This document shows positions 32,699-41,576 of a stretch of DNA of 64,000 nt, one piece after another. This DNA comes from Gammaproteobacteria bacterium F7 (lineage in GTDB: Bacteria > Pseudomonadota > Gammaproteobacteria > Pseudomonadales > IMCC2047): assembly GCA_001593685.1 (NCBI GenBank), contig LUKI01000003.1, positions 7,384 through 71,383 of the forward strand, in the 5' to 3' direction. Each line of letters starts with the position of its first letter. Within the stretch, counting starts at the first letter, position 1. Under the pieces are notes generated by a model. The model was not told the origin of the DNA and ran no database searches. It saw nothing but the letters and a program-made list of their open reading frames with translations. A program made the position numbers and the translations under genes.

Positions 32699-33340
32699 AT
32701 GTCAGCAACTGCCATCAGCGATATCGATTTAGCCGCCATCAATGCCGAACTGGCCGACAAATCACCCGAAGAAATCATCCGTTGGGCCGCGACTCTGGGT
32801 AAAAAAACCATGATGACCACCACCTTTGGGGATCATTCAGCAGTGATTTTACACCTGGTCACCGGTATTCTTCCCGACACTAAAATTATCTGGGTTGATA
32901 CCGGCTATAACTCTTCAGCCACTTACCGTTTTGCCGAAAAGCTGATGAACGAGCTGAATTTGAATGTCGATGTCTACACGCCGGAAATGACCTCGGCGCG
33001 TCGCAACGTACTGATGAAAGGTATTCCCGAAGTAGGCGAACCGTTGCACGAAGAATTCACCCGTCAGGTAAAACTGGAACCCTTTGAACGCGCAATTCGT
33101 GAAACCCAGCCTGAAATCTGGATTACCGGCCTGCGTCGTGAACAGACTGAACATCGCAAAAATATGGACATCGTTACCCGCTCAGAGGAAGGCTACCTGA
33201 AAGTCGCGCCAATTCTAGACTGGACAGAAGCGGATATGGATCAATATTTAGCAGACCATAATCTGCCGAACGAGCCCGATTACTTTGATCCAACCAAGGG
33301 CCAGGAAGGTCGTGAATGCGGGCTACATACTAAGTTTTAA
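32699..33340 (+). CDS. cysH: Phosphoadenosine phosphosulfate (PAPS/APS) reductase family protein
   Basis: PAPS_reduct fold motifs (...TTTFGDHSAVILHL..., WITGLRREQ) and the C-terminal ECGLH catalytic Cys motif. Confidence 0.8.
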   Translation: MSATAISDIDLAAINAELADKSPEEIIRWAATLGKKTMMTTTFGDHSAVILHLVTGILPDTKIIWVDTGYNSSATYRFAEKLMNELNLNVDVYTPEMTSARRNVLMKGIPEVGEPLHEEFTRQVKLEPFERAIRETQPEIWITGLRREQTEHRKNMDIVTRSEEGYLKVAPILDWTEADMDQYLADHNLPNEPDYFDPTKGQEGRECGLHTKF

Positions 33341-33371
33341 GTATCAGCTTTAAGTTTTGTTATAGCCACAC

Positions 33372-33395
33372 GGCGAAGGAAACCTTCGCCGTTTT
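33372..33395. terminator. Hairpin terminator between the convergent cysH and HDOD genes
   Basis: ggcgaagg-aaa-ccttcgcc followed by gtttt. Confidence 0.65.
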
Positions 33396-33404
33396 AGCTG
33401 CAAA

Positions 33405-34907
33405 TCATCCCCATACCTGAGACAGACTCTCCTCGCCTTCATTTAATACTTTCCACATCGCCTCAAACACCTCTTCATGCAGCCCCTGCTGCATTAAAAT
33501 CGCCTTTACACGAGCTTCATCATAACGGCCTTTCTGGTACAGCATGTGTAAGGACGCACACAGTCGGCCATAATAAAGAGAGCGTCCTAAGGGGCTAAGA
33601 TCATTTACATCACCCTGTAACTGATAAGCTTTGAGGGTATCAACGAACTCGTCGGATAAATTCCAACTTTCTATCACTGACGCTGACACACGGTCAGCAT
33701 AGGCCCGTTGTAACTGATTCAGCACTTCAATTTTAGGGTGTACGCCTGAGTAGTTTTTGTAAACATCCAAGAGCATCTGAAAAATCACGATATGGCCAAT
33801 ACTACTCAGCAATCCCAGCAAATGTGCGGTAAAACTATCGCAACTGCGAGTTTTGCGTGCATAAGCCTGCCCCGCATTAGCCGCCAGCACCGACTGCAAC
33901 CAAACCCGCTTGGTAAAGCCCGGGAAATACGTTTTATCGGTTTGTGCCACCGGCTTCAATACCAGTGTCGATGTTAACGAACGCAGCCCCTCGATACCAA
34001 GTACCAAAATAGCACGCCCAATACTATCAACCTTGCCTTCAGCGAGTTTGTAATAAGGGCTGTTTGCCACTCGTAGCAGCTCACCGGCTATGACAGGGTC
34101 CTGACTAATCACCTTCACCAGGGTTTGTTTAGTGGCCTCTTCACTGTTAACCGCACGAATCAGCTTTGGAATAATCATGGGCTGGCGCGGAAAATATTTA
34201 CTCTGCGAGGGCAACGTTTCGATATTTTTCTGAGCCTCTGTTAAAGCTCGGTAATGATCACCCTCAATCACATCGCGCAACTCTCGGGTTACATCCAGCA
34301 ACAGCTGTTTGAATGATTCTTCAACCTCATCGGTACTATCGGTATGAAAAGCAATGCGCTGTGGTAACGCAGCATAGTCTTCAATTGGCGTCGTCAGCAT
34401 CGCTTCACGCTGCAACTCTTCCTGTAATTCCTGCTTCCAGCTTTGTTCTCGCTCATCAATGGCCTCAACGTTCTGAGTGAAACGTAACAACAGCCAACAG
34501 CACAGAGCAAAAACAATCACTAATACAAGCTGAGCAGCGGCCAATAACGCGCCTTGATCAGCCACCCACGCCGTACTCTGCAACGACACCAGCCCATAAA
34601 CCAGCAGACTGCCACCAGCAAATAGCAGACCTAAACCAGCCCCTATACGACGTGCTGCCGGAATTAATAAAAGGCACAGTGTAATGAGTTCGACATTAGC
34701 GATGCCAAAAGCACCATAGCGGCGCAAGCTTGCGATGAGGCTTTCCGAAGAAAGCATTGTTTGCAACCAATCACAAAGCGCATTAAAAACACCCCCCGTT
34801 TTGAATTCGCCAATAAATTTCAATGATAAAGAGGTCAGTAAAAGAATGATGATGAAAACAACCAGGCTATTTTTTGCTGTCACTGATCGGTTTATTTGAG
34901 TTGTCAT
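33405..34907 (-). CDS. Membrane-anchored HDOD domain protein (N-terminal multi-TM module plus cytoplasmic HDOD)
   Basis: About 4 N-terminal hydrophobic helices followed by ...VISQDPVIAGELLRVANSPYY...HLLGLLSSIGHIVIF (HDOD). The ATG at 34907 is preferred over the TTG at 34949. Confidence 0.72.
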   Translation of the reverse strand: MTTQINRSVTAKNSLVVFIIILLLTSLSLKFIGEFKTGGVFNALCDWLQTMLSSESLIASLRRYGAFGIANVELITLCLLLIPAARRIGAGLGLLFAGGSLLVYGLVSLQSTAWVADQGALLAAAQLVLVIVFALCCWLLLRFTQNVEAIDEREQSWKQELQEELQREAMLTTPIEDYAALPQRIAFHTDSTDEVEESFKQLLLDVTRELRDVIEGDHYRALTEAQKNIETLPSQSKYFPRQPMIIPKLIRAVNSEEATKQTLVKVISQDPVIAGELLRVANSPYYKLAEGKVDSIGRAILVLGIEGLRSLTSTLVLKPVAQTDKTYFPGFTKRVWLQSVLAANAGQAYARKTRSCDSFTAHLLGLLSSIGHIVIFQMLLDVYKNYSGVHPKIEVLNQLQRAYADRVSASVIESWNLSDEFVDTLKAYQLQGDVNDLSPLGRSLYYGRLCASLHMLYQKGRYDEARVKAILMQQGLHEEVFEAMWKVLNEGEESLSQVWG

Positions 34908-35177
34908 CTGTTTCCTGCAAAGGCTTATTATTAATGATGAGTTCGGCAATGGCGTGCGTTAAATATACCCTATTTAACATTCTGTTACTCGAGTTACTAA
35001 AGCGCCCCAGATACTCAAAATAACTGGCATTATTGACACTAAAAACACAATAACCGCCCTATGATTAAAACGCAGGCACTAGGATTATAATTCCAGTGGT
35101 GAACTATGTTGCCTTTAGAGTAACCTAATAGGTAAGAGAGCAGTAATAATGCTTCGGCTGTTTGGGGGTAACTCATT

Positions 35178-35684
35178 ATGCAAAAAAATCGCCAACCACT
35201 ACCACTACTGAGCCCTGATAAGGTTCGTGCCATAATAAACGATATTTCATTACTCGGTGGACTTGATGATGTGCAGCTTGAAACGGTGCTTGCTGAACTA
35301 CGCACCCTCAGCTATCAAAAAGACGATGTGATTTTTGAACAGGACTCTCAGCCTACCTATATCTACATCGTGTTGTCCGGCCAAGTCAAAACCTTCAGTC
35401 ACTATCAAGATACAAAGCTGGAAATGCTGGTATTGGAACGTGGCCAGTGTTTTGGTGAAACCTCATTGATTGGCATTCAACCACACTCGGTAACAGCCGT
35501 TGCGCAGGCTGATTGCGAACTGCTGGTGCTTTCGCCAGCAGCATTATCGAGCCTGTTTGAAAAAGATAAGACCTTGTACGGCATGCTGGTACTCAATATT
35601 GCCCGTGAAGCATCCCGTAATTTGCGCGACTCCCGTGAACACTTTATCGAGTACGCCATGACGCACCAGGCGAAAACCTGCTGA
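35178..35684 (+). CDS. Cyclic nucleotide-binding domain protein
   Basis: 168 aa; ...IFEQDSQPTYIYIVLSGQV...GQCFGETSLIG... resembles a cNMP-binding beta-roll. Confidence 0.75.
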   Translation: MQKNRQPLPLLSPDKVRAIINDISLLGGLDDVQLETVLAELRTLSYQKDDVIFEQDSQPTYIYIVLSGQVKTFSHYQDTKLEMLVLERGQCFGETSLIGIQPHSVTAVAQADCELLVLSPAALSSLFEKDKTLYGMLVLNIAREASRNLRDSREHFIEYAMTHQAKTC

Positions 35685-35732
35685 CCGAACAAACACGACT
35701 CTGCTTCTACCACAACCGATTCAGAGGTACGC

Positions 35733-36518
35733 ATGGAGACCGGCATTCTATTTGATCTTGATGGCGTCATTTATCAAAACGGTAAGGCCATTCCCGGCGC
35801 GGTAGAAACCCTCCAGTGGGTAAAAGCCCACCACATCCCCTATTTATTTGTCACCAATACCAGCTCCAAACCCCGTGCTGCGGTGGTTGAAAAATTAGCC
35901 GCTTTTGGCATCAATGCAAACGAAAACCTGATGCTCACGCCTGCGATTGCAGCCAGCAACTGGCTAAAGCAACAGTCCAATTCACCGCGCGTTTCACTGT
36001 ACATTGCTGAAGCGACAAAAACAGACATTAGCGGCTGTAACCTTGTTACGGACGAGCAAAACGTTGACGCGGTGGTCGTCGGCGATTTAGCCCAACAGTG
36101 GTCATTCGAGCTGATGAACACTATTTTTCGCCAACTGATGGAATCGCCCAACAGCCAATTGATTGCACTCGGGCTGACCCGTTACTGGAGAACCGGCAAT
36201 ACATTACAACTGGACGTGGGCCCCTTTGTGAAAGCGCTGGAATACGCCACCGGCAAACAGGCCATAGTCTGCGGAAAACCATCAACGTCATTTTTCCAAG
36301 CGGCAGCTCAGCAATTACAACTATCGCCAGAAAATTTAATGATGGTTGGTGATGATATCCAAGGGGATATTAACGGCGCACAGCAGGCAGGCTTACGGGC
36401 GATTCAAGTTCGAACAGGTAAATTTCAGCCATCCGATTTACAGCACAACATACAGCCGGATGCTATCATCGACTCCATTGCCGACTTACCCAACTGGTGG
36501 AAACAACACATTGACTAA
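35733..36518 (+). CDS. HAD-IIA family hydrolase (NagD/TIGR01458-like)
   Basis: FDLDGVIY...FVTNTSS...GKPS...VGDDIQGDINGA motifs. Confidence 0.85.
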   Translation: METGILFDLDGVIYQNGKAIPGAVETLQWVKAHHIPYLFVTNTSSKPRAAVVEKLAAFGINANENLMLTPAIAASNWLKQQSNSPRVSLYIAEATKTDISGCNLVTDEQNVDAVVVGDLAQQWSFELMNTIFRQLMESPNSQLIALGLTRYWRTGNTLQLDVGPFVKALEYATGKQAIVCGKPSTSFFQAAAQQLQLSPENLMMVGDDIQGDINGAQQAGLRAIQVRTGKFQPSDLQHNIQPDAIIDSIADLPNWWKQHID

Positions 36519-36840
36519 AGCACAGATAACCATCTATTACTGCAATGGCTGCCGTTGGCTGCCCCGCGCCAGCTGGATGGCACAGGAACTGCTCACCACC
36601 TTTGCCGACGAACTCACTGAAGTTTCACTACGACCCGGTGCTAGCGGTCAGTTTGATATTCTCCTCAACGATCAAACCATCTGGTGCCGTAAGGACGATG
36701 GCGGCTTTCCGGAATTAAAACCCATCAAACAGCGCATTCGCGACCATATTGCCCCCAAAAAATCGCTGGGCCACTCGGACAAAACCGCGACCGATAAACC
36801 CTGCGGACCACTGGATTGCGATGCAGGAAAATCCGCCTGA
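36511..36840 (+). CDS. SelW/SelT/Rdx-family thioredoxin-like protein (Cys form)
   Basis: ...ITIYYCNGCRWLPRASWMAQELL...; a CxxC in the position of the Rdx CxxU/C motif. The inferred TTG start at 36511 overlaps the HAD gene stop. The longer track ORF from 36346 overlaps the HAD gene. Confidence 0.55.
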   Translation: MTKAQITIYYCNGCRWLPRASWMAQELLTTFADELTEVSLRPGASGQFDILLNDQTIWCRKDDGGFPELKPIKQRIRDHIAPKKSLGHSDKTATDKPCGPLDCDAGKSA

Positions 36841-36929
36841 TTAACCGTAAAAGCCAGCAACGAAAAAACTGCCCGTCATCCCCCCTGATAGGGTAAACTT
36901 GCCGCAGTTAAACGCATGGAAAACAGTTT

Positions 36930-37715
36930 ATGAGCAATCACCGTATTCATCCCAGCGCCATCATAGCCGATAACGTCACACTGGGCGAAAACATCAGTAT
37001 TGGCCCCTTCGCCATCATCGAAGACAACGTCACACTGGGTGACAACTGCACCATTGATGGCCACGCCATTGTTCATAGCCATACAATAATGGGCGACAAT
37101 AATCATGTTTACCCACAGGCGGTCATTGGCGGTCTGCCTCAGGATTTGAGTTTCGATCCCAGCATCGTCACCACCACGCTCATTGGTGATAACAACAGCT
37201 TCCGCGAAGGCGTTACCATCAGCCGTGGCTCAGCCGCCAGCGGTACCACACAGGTTGGCTCAAACTGTTATTTTATGAACAATGCCCATGTCGCCCATGA
37301 CTGCATAGTGGGTGACAACAATATTTTTGCAACCAGTGCCACGTTAGGTGGCCACGTGGTAGTTGGCAGTCGCGTTTTCTTTGGCGGCGGAGCCATGGTG
37401 CATCAGTTCTGCCGAATCGGCTCCTTTGCCATGATTGCCGGTGTTATTGGCGTGCGTAAAGATGTGATGCCCTACACACTCATCGGCGGCCAACCCGTCA
37501 AACACTACCGCCTTAACACCATCGGCCTGCGCCGTGCCGGAATTACTGGTGACCGCTATAAAGCCCTATCCAAGGCCTTTCGCTGCCTCAAAGATAACCA
37601 GCCGCTGGCAGATGATATCCCAGACACGGACGAAATTGTGCACTTAAAGCATTGGTTGGCAGCCGATTCAGACCGAGGTATCTACGGTTTCGCCTCACCT
37701 AATCACGATCAGTAA
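36930..37715 (+). CDS. lpxA: LpxA-like acyl-ACP--UDP-N-acetylglucosamine O-acyltransferase (stand-alone copy)
   Basis: Left-handed beta-helix hexapeptide repeats, NNAHVAHDC (catalytic His region), MVHQFCRIG, and ...NTIGLRRAG.... Confidence 0.75.
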   Translation: MSNHRIHPSAIIADNVTLGENISIGPFAIIEDNVTLGDNCTIDGHAIVHSHTIMGDNNHVYPQAVIGGLPQDLSFDPSIVTTTLIGDNNSFREGVTISRGSAASGTTQVGSNCYFMNNAHVAHDCIVGDNNIFATSATLGGHVVVGSRVFFGGGAMVHQFCRIGSFAMIAGVIGVRKDVMPYTLIGGQPVKHYRLNTIGLRRAGITGDRYKALSKAFRCLKDNQPLADDIPDTDEIVHLKHWLAADSDRGIYGFASPNHDQ

Positions 37716-37768
37716 CGGTCACGCCGAGCACCTCCTGTGACTGCAACGCTAAAAAATAGACACTGACC

Positions 37769-37984
37769 ATGTGGAATCCCGTCCAATCACTGCAAAAAAC
37801 GGCCAATCCCGAAGGCTATAAACGCTGGCAGTGCTTGGCCTGTAGTTATGTTTACGACGAAGCCAAAGGCTGGCCTGATGATGGCATCGCACCCGGTACG
37901 CGCTGGCAGGACGTGCCGGATGATTGGGTTTGCCCAGAATGCGGGGCAACAAAAGATGATTTTGAGATGATCAGAATCGGCTAA
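37769..37984 (+). CDS. Rubredoxin
   Basis: [12 protein letters not shown]...[14 protein letters not shown]: two CxxC knuckles in the canonical rubredoxin context. Confidence 0.9.
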   Translation: MWNPVQSLQKTANPEGYKRWQCLACSYVYDEAKGWPDDGIAPGTRWQDVPDDWVCPECGATKDDFEMIRIG

Positions 37985-38075
37985 TCTAGCCTTACCTCGA
38001 CTAAAGTCGATTAAGCCAGCAATTTTTCTACGTTATACTGTTTGAACACCGCCAATCACTCATTGGAAGGCCAGC

Positions 38076-39065
38076 ATGTTTAACGCCCTCGTCGCCCAAC
38101 AAACAGGCAAAACCGTCACCTGCCGCTTTGAACAATGGGACAACTGCCAACTTCCGGACCATCCGATACTGGTTAAAGTTTCTCATTCCAGTATTAACTA
38201 CAAAGATGCGCTGGCCGTCACCAATCGCGGCAAAATTCTACGCAGTTTACCGATGGTGCCGGGCATTGATCTTGTCGGAAATGTTGTTGAATCAGCCAGC
38301 ACTGACTTTCAACCCGGCGATACCGTTGTACTCTGCGGTGGAGGGTTAGGTGAAGATTACTGCGGCGGCTTTGCCGAATATGCGCGTGTTCCCGCTGAAC
38401 CGCTGGTTAAACTGCCCGCCACAATGAGTCCGAAAGATGCAATGGCTGCAGGCACCGCAGGTTTCACCGCTATGTTATGCGTACTGGCGCTACAGGATGC
38501 CAGTATTAAGACTTCTTCCGGCAGCATCATTGTATCCGGTGCATCCGGTGGCGTTGGCAGCGTAGCCATCGCTATTTTGGCGCGTTTAGGCTATTCGGTC
38601 ACGGCCATCAGCGGACGTCCAGAACACAGCGGGTTTTTAAAGCAGCTAGGTGCCTCAGAAGTTCTGCCAAGAGAAGCGTTTCAGGAACCCGCAAAGCCGC
38701 TGGAACCCCAGCGCTGGGCGGGCGCCATTGATACTGTTGGCGACAACCTGCTTGCTAAACTGCTCGCTCAAATCAATTATGCCGGCGCCGTAGCCAGCTG
38801 TGGTCTGGCCGGTGGCCATCAACTAAACACCACCGTCATGCCCTTTATTTTACGTGGCGTAAAACTGCTCGGTATCAACTCAACCTACGTTGACAACCCG
38901 CTACGCCAGCGCGCCTGGCAGCAATTGGCTGACGTTCTCGATCACCGTTTCTGGGCAAGCATTAGCCAGACTATCGGCTTTCAAGCCATTCCGGAATATT
39001 CGGAAAAGCTGCTGGCTGGAGAGGTGCGCGGGCGGATAATTGTCGATATGAACAGCGCTGAATAA
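38076..39065 (+). CDS. acuI: YhdH/AcuI-family acrylyl-CoA reductase (MDR oxidoreductase)
   Basis: Alignable along its full length, from memory, to E. coli YhdH (...SSINYKDALAVTNRGKILRSLPMVPGIDLVG...GTAGFTAMLCV...VSGASGGVGS...). Confidence 0.85.
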   Translation: MFNALVAQQTGKTVTCRFEQWDNCQLPDHPILVKVSHSSINYKDALAVTNRGKILRSLPMVPGIDLVGNVVESASTDFQPGDTVVLCGGGLGEDYCGGFAEYARVPAEPLVKLPATMSPKDAMAAGTAGFTAMLCVLALQDASIKTSSGSIIVSGASGGVGSVAIAILARLGYSVTAISGRPEHSGFLKQLGASEVLPREAFQEPAKPLEPQRWAGAIDTVGDNLLAKLLAQINYAGAVASCGLAGGHQLNTTVMPFILRGVKLLGINSTYVDNPLRQRAWQQLADVLDHRFWASISQTIGFQAIPEYSEKLLAGEVRGRIIVDMNSAE

Positions 39066-39071
39066 GCACCC

Positions 39072-39956
39072 TTATTCAGTCTTTAAAAACCCTGTTACCG
39101 CCGCCATAAACAAATCAAACTGGTCATGGTGCAACCAATGACCTGCATCGGTAAAATTCATCACTTCAGCCTGTCGAAAATACGCAGCACGGCCATCCTT
39201 CGCGGGATCACTCGCCCAACTGTCCTCGCCGCGCATAAGCAACACCGGGCAATCAATGTTTTGCCACAGCAGCTGACTGTCACGACCACTCATATCAAAG
39301 GGCTGATGCGCGCGCAGCAAGGGATCAAATTTCCAGCTAAAACTGCCATCGTCATTCTCACGACTGCCATGAATTGCCAGATGCCGTGCGTAGCTCTCTG
39401 TCAAATGACTGTTGGCCTCATGCATACGCTTGATCGCCTCTTCCTGGCTGGCATATCGGCGATGCGGCCGTTTGACAATGCGCTGCATCTGCTTCACCCA
39501 GCGTGTCAATTTCTGCGCGGGCGGTGCTTCGTTTTCATCAACCATTTTCTGCGGCGGCACCAGGCCTTCAATGATCACCAGTTGCTTCACTTTTTCAGGA
39601 AAAGCCCCGGCATATTTCAAAGTAATCGCGCCGCCTAACGAGTGGCCAACAATGGACACCGGCGATAATGCCAGCTGATCGATCAATTCCGCCATATCGC
39701 AGACATAATCAGCCATCGAATAGGCGTTACCTCCGGACCACTCAGAGTCACCATGTCCTCGCAGATCAGGCGTAATAACACGATAATCATTACACAACTG
39801 CGAAGCCGCCCAATCCCAGCTGCGGCAATGGTCAAAACCGCCATGCACCAACAGTAAGGGTGGTGCCTCTATATTTCCCCAATCACGATAATGTAACCGT
39901 AAACGGGTGGATTCGATAAATTTGGATGTCGCTCGGGCCGCGTTATCAATACTCAT
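39072..39956 (-). CDS. Alpha/beta-fold hydrolase
   Basis: ...PPLLLVHGGFDH... and the nucleophile elbow GHSLGG; 294 aa. Confidence 0.85.
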   Translation of the reverse strand: MSIDNAARATSKFIESTRLRLHYRDWGNIEAPPLLLVHGGFDHCRSWDWAASQLCNDYRVITPDLRGHGDSEWSGGNAYSMADYVCDMAELIDQLALSPVSIVGHSLGGAITLKYAGAFPEKVKQLVIIEGLVPPQKMVDENEAPPAQKLTRWVKQMQRIVKRPHRRYASQEEAIKRMHEANSHLTESYARHLAIHGSRENDDGSFSWKFDPLLRAHQPFDMSGRDSQLLWQNIDCPVLLMRGEDSWASDPAKDGRAAYFRQAEVMNFTDAGHWLHHDQFDLFMAAVTGFLKTE

Positions 39957-40046
39957 CTGCGCAGCTTACCGCGATTGCCAAGTCAAAAAAAATAGCTAAT
40001 ATTCAATTTCAGTCATAATTTCAAAAACTGCCCGTGAGAGCCAACC

Positions 40047-40232
40047 ATGACCGAAAAAACAACCCTGCCCTACACTAAGAAAGAATTTATCTATGAATGC
40101 TGTTTACGCGGCTTGCAAGGCAGCCTCGCCAACCCCAACCAACAGGCCTCCATTGCCAGCTTGGTTCGTGATGCTGAAAAACTTTGGGAAGAACTGCAGG
40201 AGTGGGAACAACAAAACGCAGCACGGGAATAA
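40047..40232 (+). CDS. Hypothetical small protein (61 aa)
   Basis: ORF only, with a weak SD. It lies between the hydrolase gene and the intI 3' end. Confidence 0.25.
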   Translation: MTEKTTLPYTKKEFIYECCLRGLQGSLANPNQQASIASLVRDAEKLWEELQEWEQQNAARE

Positions 40233-40276
40233 AGCCAAAGCCTTATACTTTTTCAAAGCCAGAGCACATAAAAAGC

Positions 40277-41242
40277 TCAAATCATATTATCTGCCGGGCT
40301 ACGCACTCCTTTACCACCTTTATTAAGCACGTGGGTATAAATCATCGTTGTCGCCACATTGGCATGCCCCAGTAATTCCTGAACCGTACGAATATCGTAG
40401 CCGGCTTCAAGCAGCTGTGTCGCGAAACTATGACGCAAAGTGTGGCAAGTACAACGCTTCATAATGCCAGCAGCTTTGGCACCGTTAGCAATGGCACGCT
40501 GAACAGGCTTATGATGAATATGATGACGCCCGCGGTGACCACTACGTGGGTCAATAGAAAGTGCGTCCGAAGGAAAAATAAATCGCCAGCGAAAGTCTTT
40601 ACCCGCATTCGGGTACTTACGCAGCAACGCCCCCGGCAAATTAATAAAGGTGATGCCGTTTGCCATGTCACGCTCAAATAAATCACGCGCCTTAATCCGT
40701 TGCTTCTCCATGCCTGTAACGGCTCGCTCAGGAAACATAGTGACCCGATCCTTGTTGCCCTTTCCAGCACGGACAATTAACTCTTTACGAGCAAAGTCAA
40801 CATCCATAATACGAAGCCTCAACGCCTCATTCAAACGCAATCCTGCTCCGTACATTAACAGCGCTAACGTAAAATAAGGTTCCTTAAGGCACCGCAAAAC
40901 AGCTTCCACCTCAGCTTTGGTCAGAACCGTTGGCAACCGCCTGGGTTTCTGAGGCCTGATAACGTCCGGCAACTCCCCAATCTCTTTACCCAGAATCTCT
41001 CGGTATAAAAAAACCAACGCATTAAGCGCCTGATTCTGAGTGGCCACAGCGACATGCTCATTAACCGCTAAATTTGTCAGAAAGGAGGCTATTTCAGGCC
41101 CACCCATATCCCGCGGGTGGCGCTTCTGATGAAAAAAGATGAATCGTTTGACCCAATGACAGTAAGCTCTTTCAGTCGCCAACGCATAGTGCTTGTAACG
41201 TAATTTTGCTCGCAACTGATCCAACAATTTTGGTGATGTCAT
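40277..41242 (-). CDS. intI: Integron integrase
   Basis: 321 aa; ...YALATERAYCHWVKRFIFFH...NQALNALVFLY...GAGLRLNEALRLRIMDVDF..., the IntI-specific insertion (...PGALLRKYPNAGKDFRWRFIFPS...), and then HTLRHSFATQLLEAGYDIRTVQELLGHANVATTMIYTHV. Confidence 0.95.
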   Translation of the reverse strand: MTSPKLLDQLRAKLRYKHYALATERAYCHWVKRFIFFHQKRHPRDMGGPEIASFLTNLAVNEHVAVATQNQALNALVFLYREILGKEIGELPDVIRPQKPRRLPTVLTKAEVEAVLRCLKEPYFTLALLMYGAGLRLNEALRLRIMDVDFARKELIVRAGKGNKDRVTMFPERAVTGMEKQRIKARDLFERDMANGITFINLPGALLRKYPNAGKDFRWRFIFPSDALSIDPRSGHRGRHHIHHKPVQRAIANGAKAAGIMKRCTCHTLRHSFATQLLEAGYDIRTVQELLGHANVATTMIYTHVLNKGGKGVRSPADNMI

Positions 41243-41264
41243 GGTATTCGCCTCCCTGCAAACA

Positions 41265-41280
41265 CTGTTTATTCATACAG
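41265..41280. promoter_or_regulatory. LexA (SOS) box upstream of intI
   Basis: CTGTttattcatACAG (CTGT-N8-ACAG, context caCTGTTTATTCATACAGtt), 23-38 nt upstream of the intI start codon. Confidence 0.7.
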
Positions 41281-41426
41281 TTAAAATAAATCAATAACAG
41301 TACTCTGTACAGAAAATATTACTGCATTATTGGGCAAAACCACGCAACCAACTGTTTTTAAATGATTTTTACGTGTCCGTTTTTGTAAGGATTTTGAGGA
41401 TATCGGTACTTCACAAAATTTGTATA

Positions 41427-41455
41427 TTGAAAACAGCAAAAAGGACACGTACGAT
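41427..41455 (+). promoter_or_regulatory. Candidate cassette promoter (Pc-like) in the attI region
   Basis: TTGAAA, a 17-nt spacer, then TACGAT, reading toward the cassettes. Identified by sequence pattern only. Confidence 0.3.
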
Positions 41456-41569
41456 ATTGAGATCAAACCGCTAAGGAGTAGCGTAAGCCTATGAATTTAA
41501 ATGGATTCCCACCTTTTCGCCCACTGTCACCTATAACATATTATGGGACAAACGGGTCCATATCCCACT

Positions 41570-41576
41570 GTTATGT
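41570..41576 (+). other. attI recombination core (GTTATGT; crossover G|TT at 41570/41571)
   Basis: It has the same 7-mer as the R' cores of attC1 and attC5. The following TTATGT is the exact complement of the R'' (ACATAAC) that closes cassette 1. Confidence 0.65.

Noticed and set aside
36346-36510. Upstream part of the 164-aa ORF containing the SelW-like domain
   Set aside because: It overlaps the well-supported HAD-IIA gene in another frame. The Rdx/SelW fold begins just before the CxxC, so a TTG at 36511 is the more plausible start.
39126-39638. 170-aa plus-strand ORF
   Set aside because: It is antisense to the alpha/beta hydrolase gene and has no recognisable domain.
41281-41466. 61-aa minus-strand ORF in the intI-attI intergenic region
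   Set aside because: It has no SD, AT-rich low-complexity sequence, and overlaps the LexA box and promoter region. It is probably not coding.
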